DNA of 63,454 nt, counting the filler, from Octopus bimaculoides (lineage: Eukaryota): the NCBI RefSeq assembly GCF_001194135.2. It is 4 parts of 3 records of this genome, joined end to end, with 100 filler letters (N's around TTAATTAATTAA, not from the genome) between each part and the next. Parts side by side here need not be neighbours in the genome. Positions count along the whole stretch, not along the records: positions 6,172 to 18,156 come from NC_068996.1; positions 18,257 to 38,635 come from NC_068997.1; 2 more parts are not named here. One strand, given 5' to 3'. The translations under genes and the position numbers were made by a program. The notes below the pieces were generated by a model that saw only the letters and a list, made by a program, of their open reading frames with translations, had not been told where the DNA came from and made no database searches. Each line of letters opens with the position of its first letter. The first letter of the stretch is position 1. Below are positions 13,044-24,291 of this stretch, piece by piece.

Positions 13044-14427
13044 TACTAGCAGAAATACCCGGCTTTGCCCGGGTTAAAGAGAATAATGAAATCTAAAAAC
13101 GCCGTCTAGACTACGCAATCCTCAACTGTTAGTAGCTACGATACCATATTTCTACATTAATAACTCTCCAATCCATGCCAGCATGGAACATAGACATTAA
13201 GTGGAATGCCAGTCTCTCATCTAGGAGGGCCTTGAAATCAATGTTACCAACTGGGGACTATGTGTGTCGTAGTGATAATAAAAAGACCCAAAGGAGGTCT
13301 GCAACGAAATAATTTTACTCAACACTTTGCAAGTGAATCAGTGGAGGCAAAGATGCGTCTCATTTACTTGACAATTTATGCACCACATTGNNNNNNNNNN
13401 NNNNNNNNNNNNNNNNNNNNNNNNNNNNNNNNNNNNNNNNNNNNNNNNNNNNNNNNNNNNNNNNNNNNNNNNNNNNNNNNNNNNNNNNNNNNNNNNNNNN
13501 NNNNNNNNNNNNNNNNNNNNNNNNNNNNNNNNNNNNNNNNNNNNNNNNNNNNNNNNNNNNNNNNNNNNNNNNNNNNNNNNNNNNNNNNNNNNNNNNNNNN
13601 NNNNNNNNNNNNNNNNNNNNNNNNNNNNNNNNNNNNNNNNNNNNNNNNNNNNNNNNNNNNNNNNNNNNNNNNNNNNNNNNNNNNNNNNNNNNNNNNNNNN
13701 NNNNNNNNNNNNNNNNNNNNNNNNNNNNNNNNNNNNNNNNNNNNNNNNNNNNNNNNNNNNNNNNNNNNNNNNNNNNNNNNNNNNNNNNNNNNNNNNNNNN
13801 NNNNNNNNNNNNNNNNNNNNNNNNNNNNNNNNNNNNNNNNNNNNNNNNNNNNNNNNNNNNNNNNNNNNNNNNNNNNNNNNNNNNNNNNNNNNNNNNNNNN
13901 NNNNNNNNNNNNNNNNNNNNNNNNNNNNNNNNNNNNNNNNNNNNNNNNNNNNNNNNNNNNNNNNNNNNNNNNNNNNNNNNNNNNNNNNNNNNNNNNNNNN
14001 NNNNNNNNNNNNNNNNNNNNNNNNNNNNNNNNNNNNNNNNNNNNNNNNNNNNNNNNNNNNNNNNNNNNNNNNNNNNNNNNNNNNNNNNNNNNNCTCTCTC
14101 TCTGAAAGTATCTGTCATTACAGTATCGAAATGTGATTGTTTCAGTTAGTAGAATAGTTTCATTTTTAAAGTGAGAGTATTTGACATGAGTGTTTTTGTT
14201 TCACTTTTGACACGTAATACTTAAATAGTGGAGGAGATATTATGTTGCTGTGGGCTCGAACTCTGCAAGAAGTTAACATTTTTTTTGACTAAAACACAAC
14301 TGGAACCCTAAGTAAGGCATGTGTAAAATTTGAATGAAATTGGTTGCGTAGTTCTCGAGTTTTAGGGATTCACACAGACAGACAGACAGACAGACAGACA
14401 CACATTCTCATTTTTATATATATAGAT
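13044..14427 (+). mobile_element. Non-autonomous Helentron/HINE (DINE-1/Lep1-like) termini spanning a gap
   Basis: 5' TACTAGCAGAAATACCCGGCTTTGCCCGGG hairpin; 3' (CAGA)n followed by TTTTATATATATAGAT. The ends may belong to different copies because the middle is N. Confidence 0.6.
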
Positions 14428-14429
14428 AC

Positions 14430-14575
14430 CCCGCCATGGACAATAACCTCCCAACGACAACTATCCCTGAGGACAATACATGATGATTTTAAACTTCTTA
14501 ATATCTTCTTAATATATTGGAGAGGGGGTAATTAACCAAGGGGGTAATTGTCCTATGGGGGGTAATTGTCCTGAT
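14430..14575. mobile_element. Possible MITE with repeated inverted subterminal motif
   Basis: GGACAATAACC at 14438 versus GGTAATTGTCC at 14543 and 14561; no TSD verified. Confidence 0.35.
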
Positions 14576-14655
14576 ACGAGATATATATGTGTGTGTGTGT
14601 GTGTGTGTATGTGCGTGTGTGAGTGTGTGTGTGTGTGTGTGTATAGATATGTATG

Positions 14656-14708
<53 letters not shown>

Positions 14709-16762
14709 NNNNNNNNNNNNNNNNNNNNNNNNNNNNNNNNNNNNNNNNNNNNNNNNNNNNNNNNNNNNNNNNNNNNNNNNNNNNNNNNNNNNNNNNNNNN
14801 NNNNNNNNNNNNNNNNNNNNNNNNNNNNNNNNNNNNNNNNNNNNNNNNNNNNNNNNNNNNNNNNNNNNNNNNNNNNNNNNNNNNNNNNNNNNNNNNNNNN
14901 NNNNNNNNNNNNNNNNNNNNNNNNNNNNNNNNNNNNNNNNNNNNNNNNNNNNNNNNNNNNNNNNNNNNNNNNNNNNNNNNNNNNNNNNNNNNNNNNNNNN
15001 NNNNNNNNNNNNNNNNNNNNNNNNNNNNNNNNNNNNNNNNNNNNNNNNNNNNNNATGTGTGTGTGTGTGTGTGTGTATGTGCGTGTGTGAGTGTGTGTGT
15101 GTGTGTGTGTATAGATATGTATGTATATATATATGTGTGTGTGTGTGTGTGTGGAATTTTGAATTTAGTTCACGGAACCCCAGTACTACCTTTGCGGACC
15201 CCAGGTTGGGATCCACTGCTCTACACAGTCATTCGACACGCTAGAAATATCAGTTGAATTTTGAGAGGTTGTGAGCGACAAAGAGTGATAGTAAGTATGT
15301 ATGAGATGGCCATTGTATGTGGGCGTATGCGTGCGTGAGAAGAGTAGGCATGTGGGGGAGATGTGTGTGTGTCTGCGTTCTGGAGTGTGTATATGTGTCT
15401 CGAAGAGACAATACAGAAAGTGAATAGAGGTATAGTTATGAGTCTGCAAACACGTGTGAAGAAGGTGGGTATGTGCAGGGTGTGACTGAAGATAGATGTC
15501 GGGTGAGTAAATGTGCAAGCTGTGAGTTAGTTTGGGTGGGAGGTATATATATAAGAATGTGATGGGGATGGATAAAGTATAGATAGTGAAGGAGGAGCAT
15601 CAATGCATTGAAAAAGTACTTAGCAAATTTCTTTTTTTTCGCATTCCAATATAAGTTTCTAACACAATCTTTATATTCATCTTAACATGAATGTTTTATT
15701 CGAACAAAACATCCATATTATTCACCATAAGAGAATTTCTCATGTGGACACATAGTGCATAAAAGCACGCAAACGTATATCATTAGCAGACAAAAATCAC
15801 CCTCCCCGGGCACCGGAGTAACCAGATCATGTATTCTTAACGTACTCTGTCTCTTCAGTCACAGACGTCCGCTAGCCGCATACCAGCCAAATCTCACAGT
15901 CAACTATATGTAGAATTCCAATAACCTTTCAAGTACTGATGTCGCAAATAGCCAGTAGGCTTATTAAAAGATAAATATTAGCGACCGAAGCAAATATTAA
16001 TATCTCCCAACGATATAATGGTGTGTTTTTATGAAACTCACCTCTATATGAGAAGTTCTCTCAAGGTGAATGCCGCAGTATTCGGCATTCTAAAAAACAT
16101 TCACGTTAAATTGGATATAAAGATTGCTTTTTGGTATCAATACGGCTCTTGTCGCTAATTTTATTTCATAAGCGTCCAAACCTTGGTTTGTCTCATCGAT
16201 TGCAGACGTTACCATATTGCGCAAAATTACTAGTCAGATGTGACACTGTCCTTATGCACAACAACAAAAGAAAACAAAAACTGAGACGAAGGTGTCCAGA
16301 GAGAGTATAACTTCATTGACCTTATAATTCACATATATTATGTAGTTTTAGAATTCTACTGTTACGATGAATGCGATTGAAGCTTTGCTTCTTTTACGTA
16401 ATAATCGATTCAAGACCACACAAATGTCTATTGAAGATAGATCGTTTATTGTTGGCAGGAAGAAGAAAGAAAGAAAGAAAGAAAGAAAATAACCTGTTAA
16501 AACGGTAATCTTAGCTGCGAATAAACTCATCTATCTTTCGGTTCTTATCTTAGTCTGCGAAACTTTTCTTGTTTATTTAGCTTTTCATTTTGTTATTATA
16601 TTTCAGCAGTTTTGTTTTACTATGCGTACGTAGATCTGTTGGACAACTGCGCGCAGCTCTGTGTGTCTTGGATAAATTTAATGTACCATGGTGATTGAAA
16701 GCACTTTACATATTATGTATGTAGTCTGCAGTAGTCCTGAAATTTTGGTTTTATACATTATG

Positions 16763-16836
<74 letters not shown>
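16763..16836. repeat. (ATT)n microsatellite
   Basis: Direct reading. Confidence 0.95.
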
Positions 16837-16865
16837 CATCATCATTGTTGTTGTTGTTATTATTC

Positions 16866-17018
16866 CATCGCTACGTTCTGAGTTCAAATTCCGCCGAGGT
16901 CGACTTTGCCTTTCATCCTTTTGGAGCCGATAAATTAAGTACCAGTGAAACACTGCGGTCGATGTAACCGACTAGTCCCCTCCCCACAAGCTTCAGGCCT
17001 GTCCTTATAGTAGAAAGG
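16866..17018 (+). mobile_element. SINE family C, 5'-truncated
   Basis: CTACGTTCTGAGTTCAAATTCCGCCGAGGTCGACTTTGCCTTTCATCC. Confidence 0.85.
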
Positions 17019-17160
17019 ATTAATATTTTGTTGTTGTTGTTGTTGTTTTACTTCTCAGAGCATTCGGTCTTGTTTGCTCAGATTGATTCCGTGAGAGCAG
17101 ACAACAGCTGTCAGAGGACACACAGGGTTTCTTTCCCACCTTACAGACTTTGACACTTGG

Positions 17161-17222
<62 letters not shown>

Positions 17223-17223
<1 letters not shown>

Positions 17224-17780
17224 GAGTGGGAAAGCAGTGCATGCCATCAAAGAGACACTGGGGTACAAATATACGGAGCCCAATACATCCCATCATAACT
17301 ACCTGTCTGATAGGGGTACACTAAGCACATGCATCACAACCATATTGGCGCGACATTATGATTTCATATCAAAATAAACAGCACATGAACCCGCAGGTGG
17401 GGCCCAGTTAAAATTTTCTTCAGGTCGAGTAGCCCCTCCCGATCAAAAAGTCCCTGAATAAGGGTTGTTTAAGGATGATGAACGAAACACCCATGTTTCC
17501 AAAGGTGAATTATTCAAACCCCAAAGAATTCCTCTCAACACATGGCTATGATGCTCCCCCACTACTTCTGCTCGTGATCAGAGATGCACATATTGTCAGC
17601 CACCAAGGGACATGCTCAACTGGTTAAGGTCAAACAACTGACAAACAAATCTGTGGTATTAAGCAGAATATTTGCTGTAGACCATCTTTTATACCAAGAC
17701 AAAACAATGTACATGATAATACTTCCAATCAATTAAGATCAGAAGCCATGAGAGCCACTGCCTGGTACTGCATCAGAACA
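17223..17780 (-). mobile_element. ~560-bp non-coding retroposon-like element embedded in (AAT)n
   Basis: Complex sequence flanked on both sides by ATT arrays; the minus-strand 3' end reads CACTGCTTTCCCACTC(AAT)n. No tRNA head or ORF recognised. Confidence 0.55.
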
Positions 17781-17822
17781 TTAATTATTATTATGATTAT
17801 TGTTATTATTATTATTATTATT

Positions 17823-18156
17823 TTATGTTTGATTTTTGTTTTGCATTTGTACAAGTTGGATCCAAGTCTCACCCAGAGACCTCAAGAGACAACAAGTTAG
17901 AAGTTCATGTAGGTGTTATGTCTAGGGTACCATATATTTGGATTTGTACAGTTTTGTTCTAGTGAATGTTTAAGAAACCATAAGAAAATTATGTGTTTGC
18001 TTTAAAATTTGAGATCACATAGACAGTATTTTACGTAGGATATGGGCAGTTCCCATGAGCACTATCTTTTGAACTTCAGCCATTTTGGGGTTTCCTGGTA
18101 TCTGAGCTAGGTAGTAATCAGCCCATTTCGCTGTCATTCCCAGGGCACCTATGACA
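17823..18156 (-). mobile_element. R4/Dong-clade non-LTR retrotransposon 3' end
   Basis: 18155-18015 encodes VIGALGMTAKWADYYLAQIPGNPKMAEVQKIVLMGTAHILRKILSM*, matching the C-terminal VIGALG...QK..L.GTAHILR pattern of R4-clade RLE ORFs. The 3' UTR ends in (AAT)n; the element is cut by the scaffold join. Confidence 0.8.
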
Positions 18157-18256
18157 NNNNNNNNNNNNNNNNNNNNNNNNNNNNNNNNNNNNNNNNNNNN
18201 TTAATTAATTAANNNNNNNNNNNNNNNNNNNNNNNNNNNNNNNNNNNNNNNNNNNN
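18157..18256. other. Artificial scaffold-join spacer
   Basis: N44-TTAATTAATTAA-N44. Confidence 0.95.
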
Positions 18257-19301
18257 CTTCTGTCTGCCTGTTTTTGTTTTCATTCATTTCATTCATTCTG
18301 TCATTCCTATGGTGGTTTTCTTTGTTTTTTTTTTCTTTGTCTCTTCCATCTTGTTTTGGACTGTATTTTTTTTCCCTACTGATGCAAAATAAATATTTAT
18401 ATTTAGATGACCTGCCTGTCACTGGGAAGTCAGAATAAGCTCTGTCGGTCTCACTAGTTTTATTATAAATTAGAAGTGAAGACAAATGTAAACAGTATAT
18501 TTTCTCCTCTCTATCCGATACTCTCAGGCCATTATATCTAGTTAATGCAATGACTTTGCTATAATTTTAGTTTAGAGAGTGCAGCTATTTTCTAGGTTGA
18601 TTTAAAAAAAGAAAAAGTTTTTAGGCAAATGCAAATGTTTACTTTTTGAAAAGTAAATTTTTTATGTAAATATTTAAATGTTGCTCTAATGTTGGTTTTT
18701 AATAGGAGAAAACAGGAAGAAGAAAAAAGCCACACAGATTTTGAAATATATAAATATTGATGCCTTAGTTTATTTAATTTAGCTTTAAACAACTATTCTA
18801 TTTCTTTAGCTGTTTCTTCCTTTTCTGTGAAGCTAGGCTGTCATCCATAACTAGTAGACATACGCATGATGACAGTCATTCTCCAATTTATTTAACCGAC
18901 TTGTCAAAGCTGTGTCTCCTCAACCAGTAAATAGGTTGTGCTACTTGCTGTGCTTGTAGATCAGCTCCGTCCCATTACTACAGTAGTCAAGATGTATTTA
19001 CAAACAGTGATAGGTTTTCGTTTTTTACACTATTCTAAATACCATTGGAATTTTTATACAGCTATATTACTGTGATGCATGATCAATTTAAAATCTTCTG
19101 TCACCATGGAAATAGATTTTCTCTTTAGAAATTAAACTTTTTCTGAGATTTCTACCTCTTATGAAAATATCACATTGATGCTATTCAGATTATATATTTA
19201 TTAAAAGAAGAGAGAAAATGTAACCAAGATTTACTGGGACGACAGCAATGATGTATTTAAGGTAGAGATAAAATAACGTGGAATGTTCCACGCTATGTAT
19301 C

Positions 19302-19434
19302 ATGGAATCTGGAGAATTATGGTCTTCTCCCCTTATGAACTATAAATCCCCTTTTGATGATTTTGAGGATCTTTATAAAAATATTGCACAAATTCAAGAT
19401 GAAGTGGAAACTGAGGAATATCCACCTGTGTTTT
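19302..19434 (+). CDS. First coding exon of an unidentified gene (MESGELWSSPLMNYKSPFDDFEDLYKNIAQIQDEVETEEYPPVF)
   Basis: ATG after in-frame stops, protein-like composition, donor GTAAGT at 19435 (phase 1); joins in frame to 33876-34010. Confidence 0.7.
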
Positions 19435-20059
19435 GTAAGTAAACATAATTTCTAACACAGACTTGTTTTTCAAGCTCTTCATCTTCCTTTTATAATTTTG
19501 ACCAGTTCCTACTTGTTAGATAATGTTTTGACAAGTTAGATTTTTTTTTGTTTTAATTAATAAAACACTAACTTCATTATTTTAGAAGGCTGTGAAATTT
19601 TAAATTTGCTCTTTGAATAATGTAATATTTAGCTTAGAGTTTAGTTGTGTAGCTGTTTTAGGTTTTCTTTTATTACAAATATTTCTTTACTACTATTACC
19701 GCCACCACTATCACCACCACTACTACTGCAGCTGCTAAACTCTTTCCAGTTAGTGAATACGTCTGATATTATTAATATGTAAACATATTTTCTCTCTCTG
19801 TTGAAGAGAATTTTGCCAGGAGACTTTAATTTCATAAAGGAAAATTTGTGTAAAAATTCAAAATGAAGCCAGTTGTCTGTGTCTTTGCTTTGTTATTTCC
19901 ACATTTGAATGTCTGAGATAAGTTATTGTTAAGATTTTAGTTTTCTGAGAGAGGATGTTTTTTTACCTCTTGGGGTAGCCAAGTATCCCCTCTACAGTTC
20001 TCACCTGGCTCACAGCCACTACTCTCAGTTTCACTCCCTCTCTCAGCTGAAAGGTTTGT

Positions 20060-20345
20060 TTTGCAGGCTCCTTGGTGACCCGACTGGTGCCAGGTAAAAA
20101 GCACCTGTGCCGGTGCCCCATGAAAAGAGCACCTGTGCTGGTGCTGTGTAAAAAGTATTGGTGCTGCTACCACATAAAAAGCACCCAGTATACTCTGTAA
20201 AGTGGTTAGCGTTAGGAAAAGCATCCAGCTGTAGGATCCATGCTAAATCAGACTGGAACGTGGTGCATCTCTTCAGCTTGCCAGCTCCTGTCAAACCATC
20301 CAACCCATGCCAGCATGGGAAATGGATGTTAAATAATGATGATTT
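20060..20345 (+). mobile_element. RTE 3'-UTR-derived SINE-like fragment, family D
   Basis: AAAAAGCACCCAG...GCATCCAGCTGTAG...CCAACCCATGCCAGCATGG...(GAT)n; same as the 3' end of the RTE at 53080-53250. Confidence 0.8.
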
Positions 20346-20600
20346 ATACTCACATTAATTTCATTTAGTTTGATCTTTGATCATTCGGTGTGTTCCTTGA
20401 TATGTACCTTGTACTGGAAGGGATTCGGACAAAGACTGTTTATTTCCCAAGTAAAAGTATAAGCTTTTATTCATGTCTTGGAGATCAAACCTATCAAAAT
20501 TCAGTGTAGATGTTTCTTCATCAATAAAATCGATATTAATAGTTTGAAAAGTTTCAATCACATTGAGATCTTTTGTTATAATATCGAAAGATTTCTTTAA

Positions 20601-20807
20601 CTCTTTAGCATTCAGATTATTCTATTAAATGTAATGTTTATTTATTTACATAGTATTCATTTAATCAAGTATTACTTGTTAGCTTTGAGGTTTCGACAGT
20701 GTGATTATATATTTTTAGAATGACATTGTAGGGTAGGTTCAAAATGCTGGATCTGGCTGGTTTGAACATAAGATGGTAGAATATTTTGGTCTAACATGGC
20801 CAAAGGG
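20601..20807. mobile_element. piggyBac-like MITE
   Basis: TTAA on both sides (20597-20600, 20808-20811); termini CTCTTT.../...AAAGGG. Confidence 0.55.
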
Positions 20808-21194
20808 TTAATGATAGCTCATATAAAAAAAAATGTTTATCTGATTTTTATTATTTTCTTCCACCCTGCTAATGTTTCATGATATAGTAACTATAAATAG
20901 TGACTAATGTGGTATTGTTATTTAACACCAGGTCGACTAACCCAGCACACTCATGATCAAAGGCATTCTAGCTGTGATCACAATATCTTTTTTGTCAAAC
21001 ATCACATATTATTCAGGATTACAGGATCTAATGTATCACTCCTTTTCCTAGATGGTAGGGTTTAATTTAAGAGAGATTCAGCTGCGTTTTATAGCTGGTC
21101 AAGTAACCACATAGAAACTCTTTCATTCAATCATTTATTAATTTCTTAAATTGATAAAATGTAAAAAACTGTTTCAGTAAATATTTACAATAGG

Positions 21195-21572
21195 CACAGA
21201 CATGGCTGTTGTAAGAGGCTTGCTCCCAAACTGCAAGGTTCTGGGTTCAATCCCTCTGCGTGGCGTCTTGGGCAAGTGTCTTCAACTATAGCCCTGGGCC
21301 CACTGAAACCTTGTGGATTAGGTAGACAGAAACTGAAAGAAGCCTGTGTGTGTTTGTCCCCCCACCATTGCTTGACAACCAGTGTTGGTGTGTTTACGTC
21401 CTTGTAACTTAGCAGTTTGGCAAAAGAAACTGATAGAATAAATACCAGGCTTTAACAAAAAAAAAAGAAAAAAAACTACTGGGGTTGATTCATTCGACTA
21501 AAACTTCTTGAAGTGTGTGCCCCAGCATGGGCCGCAGTCCAATGATTGAAACACGTACAAGATAAAAGATAA
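21195..21572 (+). mobile_element. SINE family B, near full length
   Basis: tRNA-like head (GGCTGTTGTAAGAGGCTTGCTCCC...GGGTTCAATCCC), internal (TG)n, tail AAGATAAAAGA. Confidence 0.85.
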
Positions 21573-22360
21573 TATTTTTGTTAATCAGAGGAAATTTATT
21601 CAAAGGAAATATTTTTGGCAAAAATCATAGATGTGTCAGATTTAGGAAAACATCTCTTCAATCTCTGTGTGTGTGTGCACACACTCAATTGAAAGCTATA
21701 AATTTTGCATGCCTCTTGTTATATTTCTTTGGAATATGATTCTTTTCATTTTCTATTTCCTCTTTTATTTTGTTGGCCTCTATGAACTTTTAGATTATTG
21801 TTTATAGGACATAAGTATCATTTATTCAATAAACCATTTGTTGTGCTTAAGAAACTAATCTTGACAGCTGTGGGTTATAATTTTCTCAGATTTAATCTTT
21901 GATAGATTTAAAATAGATACCGCTTCTATGAAAGTGTGCTAGTCATTGTCACCAAGAGATTGTGTTCAGCTATGAAACGATAATTATAAAAGAAAGAAAT
22001 GTGTTGGAATAAAGAAAATACATAATGCCTCCTTTTAGGTATTCTTTAAACAAGGGCACGACTATTTATTTAAGAATTATAAAAATACCATATGAGAATA
22101 AGAAAGTGTTATCTGTAGAAGGCTTATGTCGGCTGTTGTAATTATGTGTGTGTGTGCGTGCACATACACACACACTCATTGAAATAGTATAGTTTATATG
22201 AAGCATTGTGAAATAGTTTAGTGCTTTAGAAAGTGTCTACAATGAGAGTTGGAAATAAAGGAATGACAATCAAAAGAAGAGAAAACCGGGAAAGTTATAA
22301 AGTTTTTGTTTTCACTTTTATTTCCGACTCACATTGCAGAGACTTTCTAAAACCCTTCAT

Positions 22361-22435
<75 letters not shown>

Positions 22436-22519
22436 TTTCTCTTTCTCTTTCTCTTTCTCTCTCCCCCCGTCCGTCCATCAGGGTTCAGTTATCAGATCCC
22501 TCCTGTTCTCTCGCCCACA

Positions 22520-22980
22520 AATGGAGAGTTTAAGATTGGTTACAATATGAACTTTGGTCTGCTGGTGACCTAGTTCTCATGATGGAATCTTTTGAAGAAT
22601 TAAAAAAGTTCCAAACATGGAAGCGAAAGTTAGTAAGTTGCAAAGTAAACCAATCAAGGATAAAAGTTTTATTTTGTAGGAAAGAAGACCTGACTTCTGA
22701 CATCAGGGTAGCCATGTTCCATTTGCAGAAAAGGGACAGGTTGGAATTCCATACTATGGGTGCACAAGAGAAGCAGTGGAACCACATGGAAGGTGACAGA
22801 GAAGGACTTTGTTAGTAATGAATTGCACTGGAGTTTTAGGCAGCAAGAACATTAGTGAGCTGAATTCTTTGAGACATCTGGGCAGCTCCTTGGAAGTAGT
22901 CGACAGCTGTTTCATAGGTGGTGATTGTTGCTTAGTAACCAGAAACAGGAAAGGGTAGAAAAAGTTCAGAGGATTATTAT
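22520..22980 (+). pseudogene. Degenerate RTE LINE fragment (RT end plus Cys-rich finger)
   Basis: Frameshifted remnants DLVLMMESFEELKKFQTWKRKL, PCSICRKGTGWNSIL, WVHKR, LEVVDS. Confidence 0.7.
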
Positions 22981-23344
22981 TTTTACTGGAAACAAAATGG
23001 AACTCTCTTTGAGTAAAGAACAGACAGTGTATCAGATGTGCAGGAAATGCAACATTTCATGGTAGCAAAACAGAGGTTTTGAATGTAGAATATGTGCCCC
23101 TCAAATAGTTGAAATGTTTCAAAACAAATATTTTTTATCATGTGATTGTTAATATTCCACTTATTTCTTTTTATCTTTTATTTTGGTTCAGAGGATTTAT
23201 ACAAATTGAATTTTTTTTTTAGTTTTCTTTTCATTTTGTTTGTACCGTGACCTTTATTCATTCCCAACACACACACACACACCATCATTTTCCATTTTTT
23301 TTTTAAATGCTTGTCTGTGTCAGGCATTTTGTGTGAGACTGTAG

Positions 23345-23560
23345 TTGTGGCTGATGCAGGTGTCAGGTCAGTGGCATGTAAAAAGCATCCATTACACTCC
23401 CGGAGTGGTTGATGTTAGGAAGGGCATCCAGCTGTAGAAACCATGCCAAATCAGGTTGGAACCTGGTGCAGCCTTCCAGCTTACCAGTTTTCAGTCAAAC
23501 TGTCCAACCTATGCCAGCATGGAAAGCGGATGTTAAATGATGATGGTGATGATGATTTAT
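23345..23560 (+). mobile_element. Family D (RTE 3'-UTR) fragment
   Basis: GTGGCATGTAAAAAGCATCC...GGAAGGGCATCCAGCTGTAGAAAC...(GAT)n. Confidence 0.85.
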
Positions 23561-23884
23561 AACAGTCACCATCATTGCACATCTGGCAAAAATAAGTTTC
23601 TTTTTTCTGTGATTCACCATTAAACAACCCCTTCGCTTTGCTCCTGTTACTATAAGTTTTAGGTGTTTGTTAACTTTTCTAACTCTACTCAAATCCTTAC
23701 TGTATCTATTTTTCACTTTCTTGCTACTTACACATTCACATTCTCATAAGACTAAATTGTTGTATTTATATTTTATAGTTATTATATTTTATATTTATAT
23801 TTTTAACATAAAATATAGAAACAGAGTAATTTCTGTTGTAACTCACTCAGAATGATATGGTTAATATTTTTGTGACAAAGATTA

Positions 23885-24291
23885 TTTGAAATAATATATT
23901 TCTAAATCTCTCAGAGAGAGGTATGCAGTATCAGCACGATAAAGTGATAGCATGTTGTCAACTTAATGTGACAATCCCGTGAAAGGGAAGAATACTACTG
24001 TTATTTAGCCCTATTTCTATTTTAAAAAATCAGTGAATGTATTTCACTTGAAATATATATGTTTTCAAAGGAGGATAGGCATCGACAGCTAGCAAGCCAT
24101 GCTACTCCAGACTGATGAGGAGCAATGACTCCGAAACTAGTCTCTGGATACTGGCTTTGCTGGGTGGAGGTGCTTATCTTCACTTTGAAAACATAAGGAT
24201 ACAGGAAAGGAAACAGTGTTTCCTAGGGCTAAATAACAGTAGCATTCTTCCCTTTTATGGGACTGTCACATTAAGTTGACAACATGCTATC
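23885..24291. mobile_element. Penelope pLTR-like cassette: 68-bp inverted repeats enclosing a hammerhead
   Basis: 23946-24013 and 24224-24291 are reverse complements (64/68 identical). The same family occurs at 41130-41405. Confidence 0.65.
24106..24148 (+). ncRNA. Minimal type I hammerhead ribozyme, canonical core
   Basis: TCCAGA-CTGATGA-GGAG(CAATGA)CTCC-GAAA-CTAG-TC-TCTGGA: 6-bp stem I, 4-bp stem II, palindromic stem III ACTAGT; predicted cleavage 3' of C24142. Confidence 0.85.

Noticed and set aside
14555-15150. Apparent direct duplication flanking a gap (similar cases at 1009-1030, 4676-4686, 49774-49783, 57168-57212)
   Set aside because: Near-identical sequence on both sides of N runs is typical unmerged contig overlap.
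15826-15865. Minus-strand CTGAAGA...ACGTT hammerhead-like string
   Set aside because: Lacks GAAA and has no stem I.
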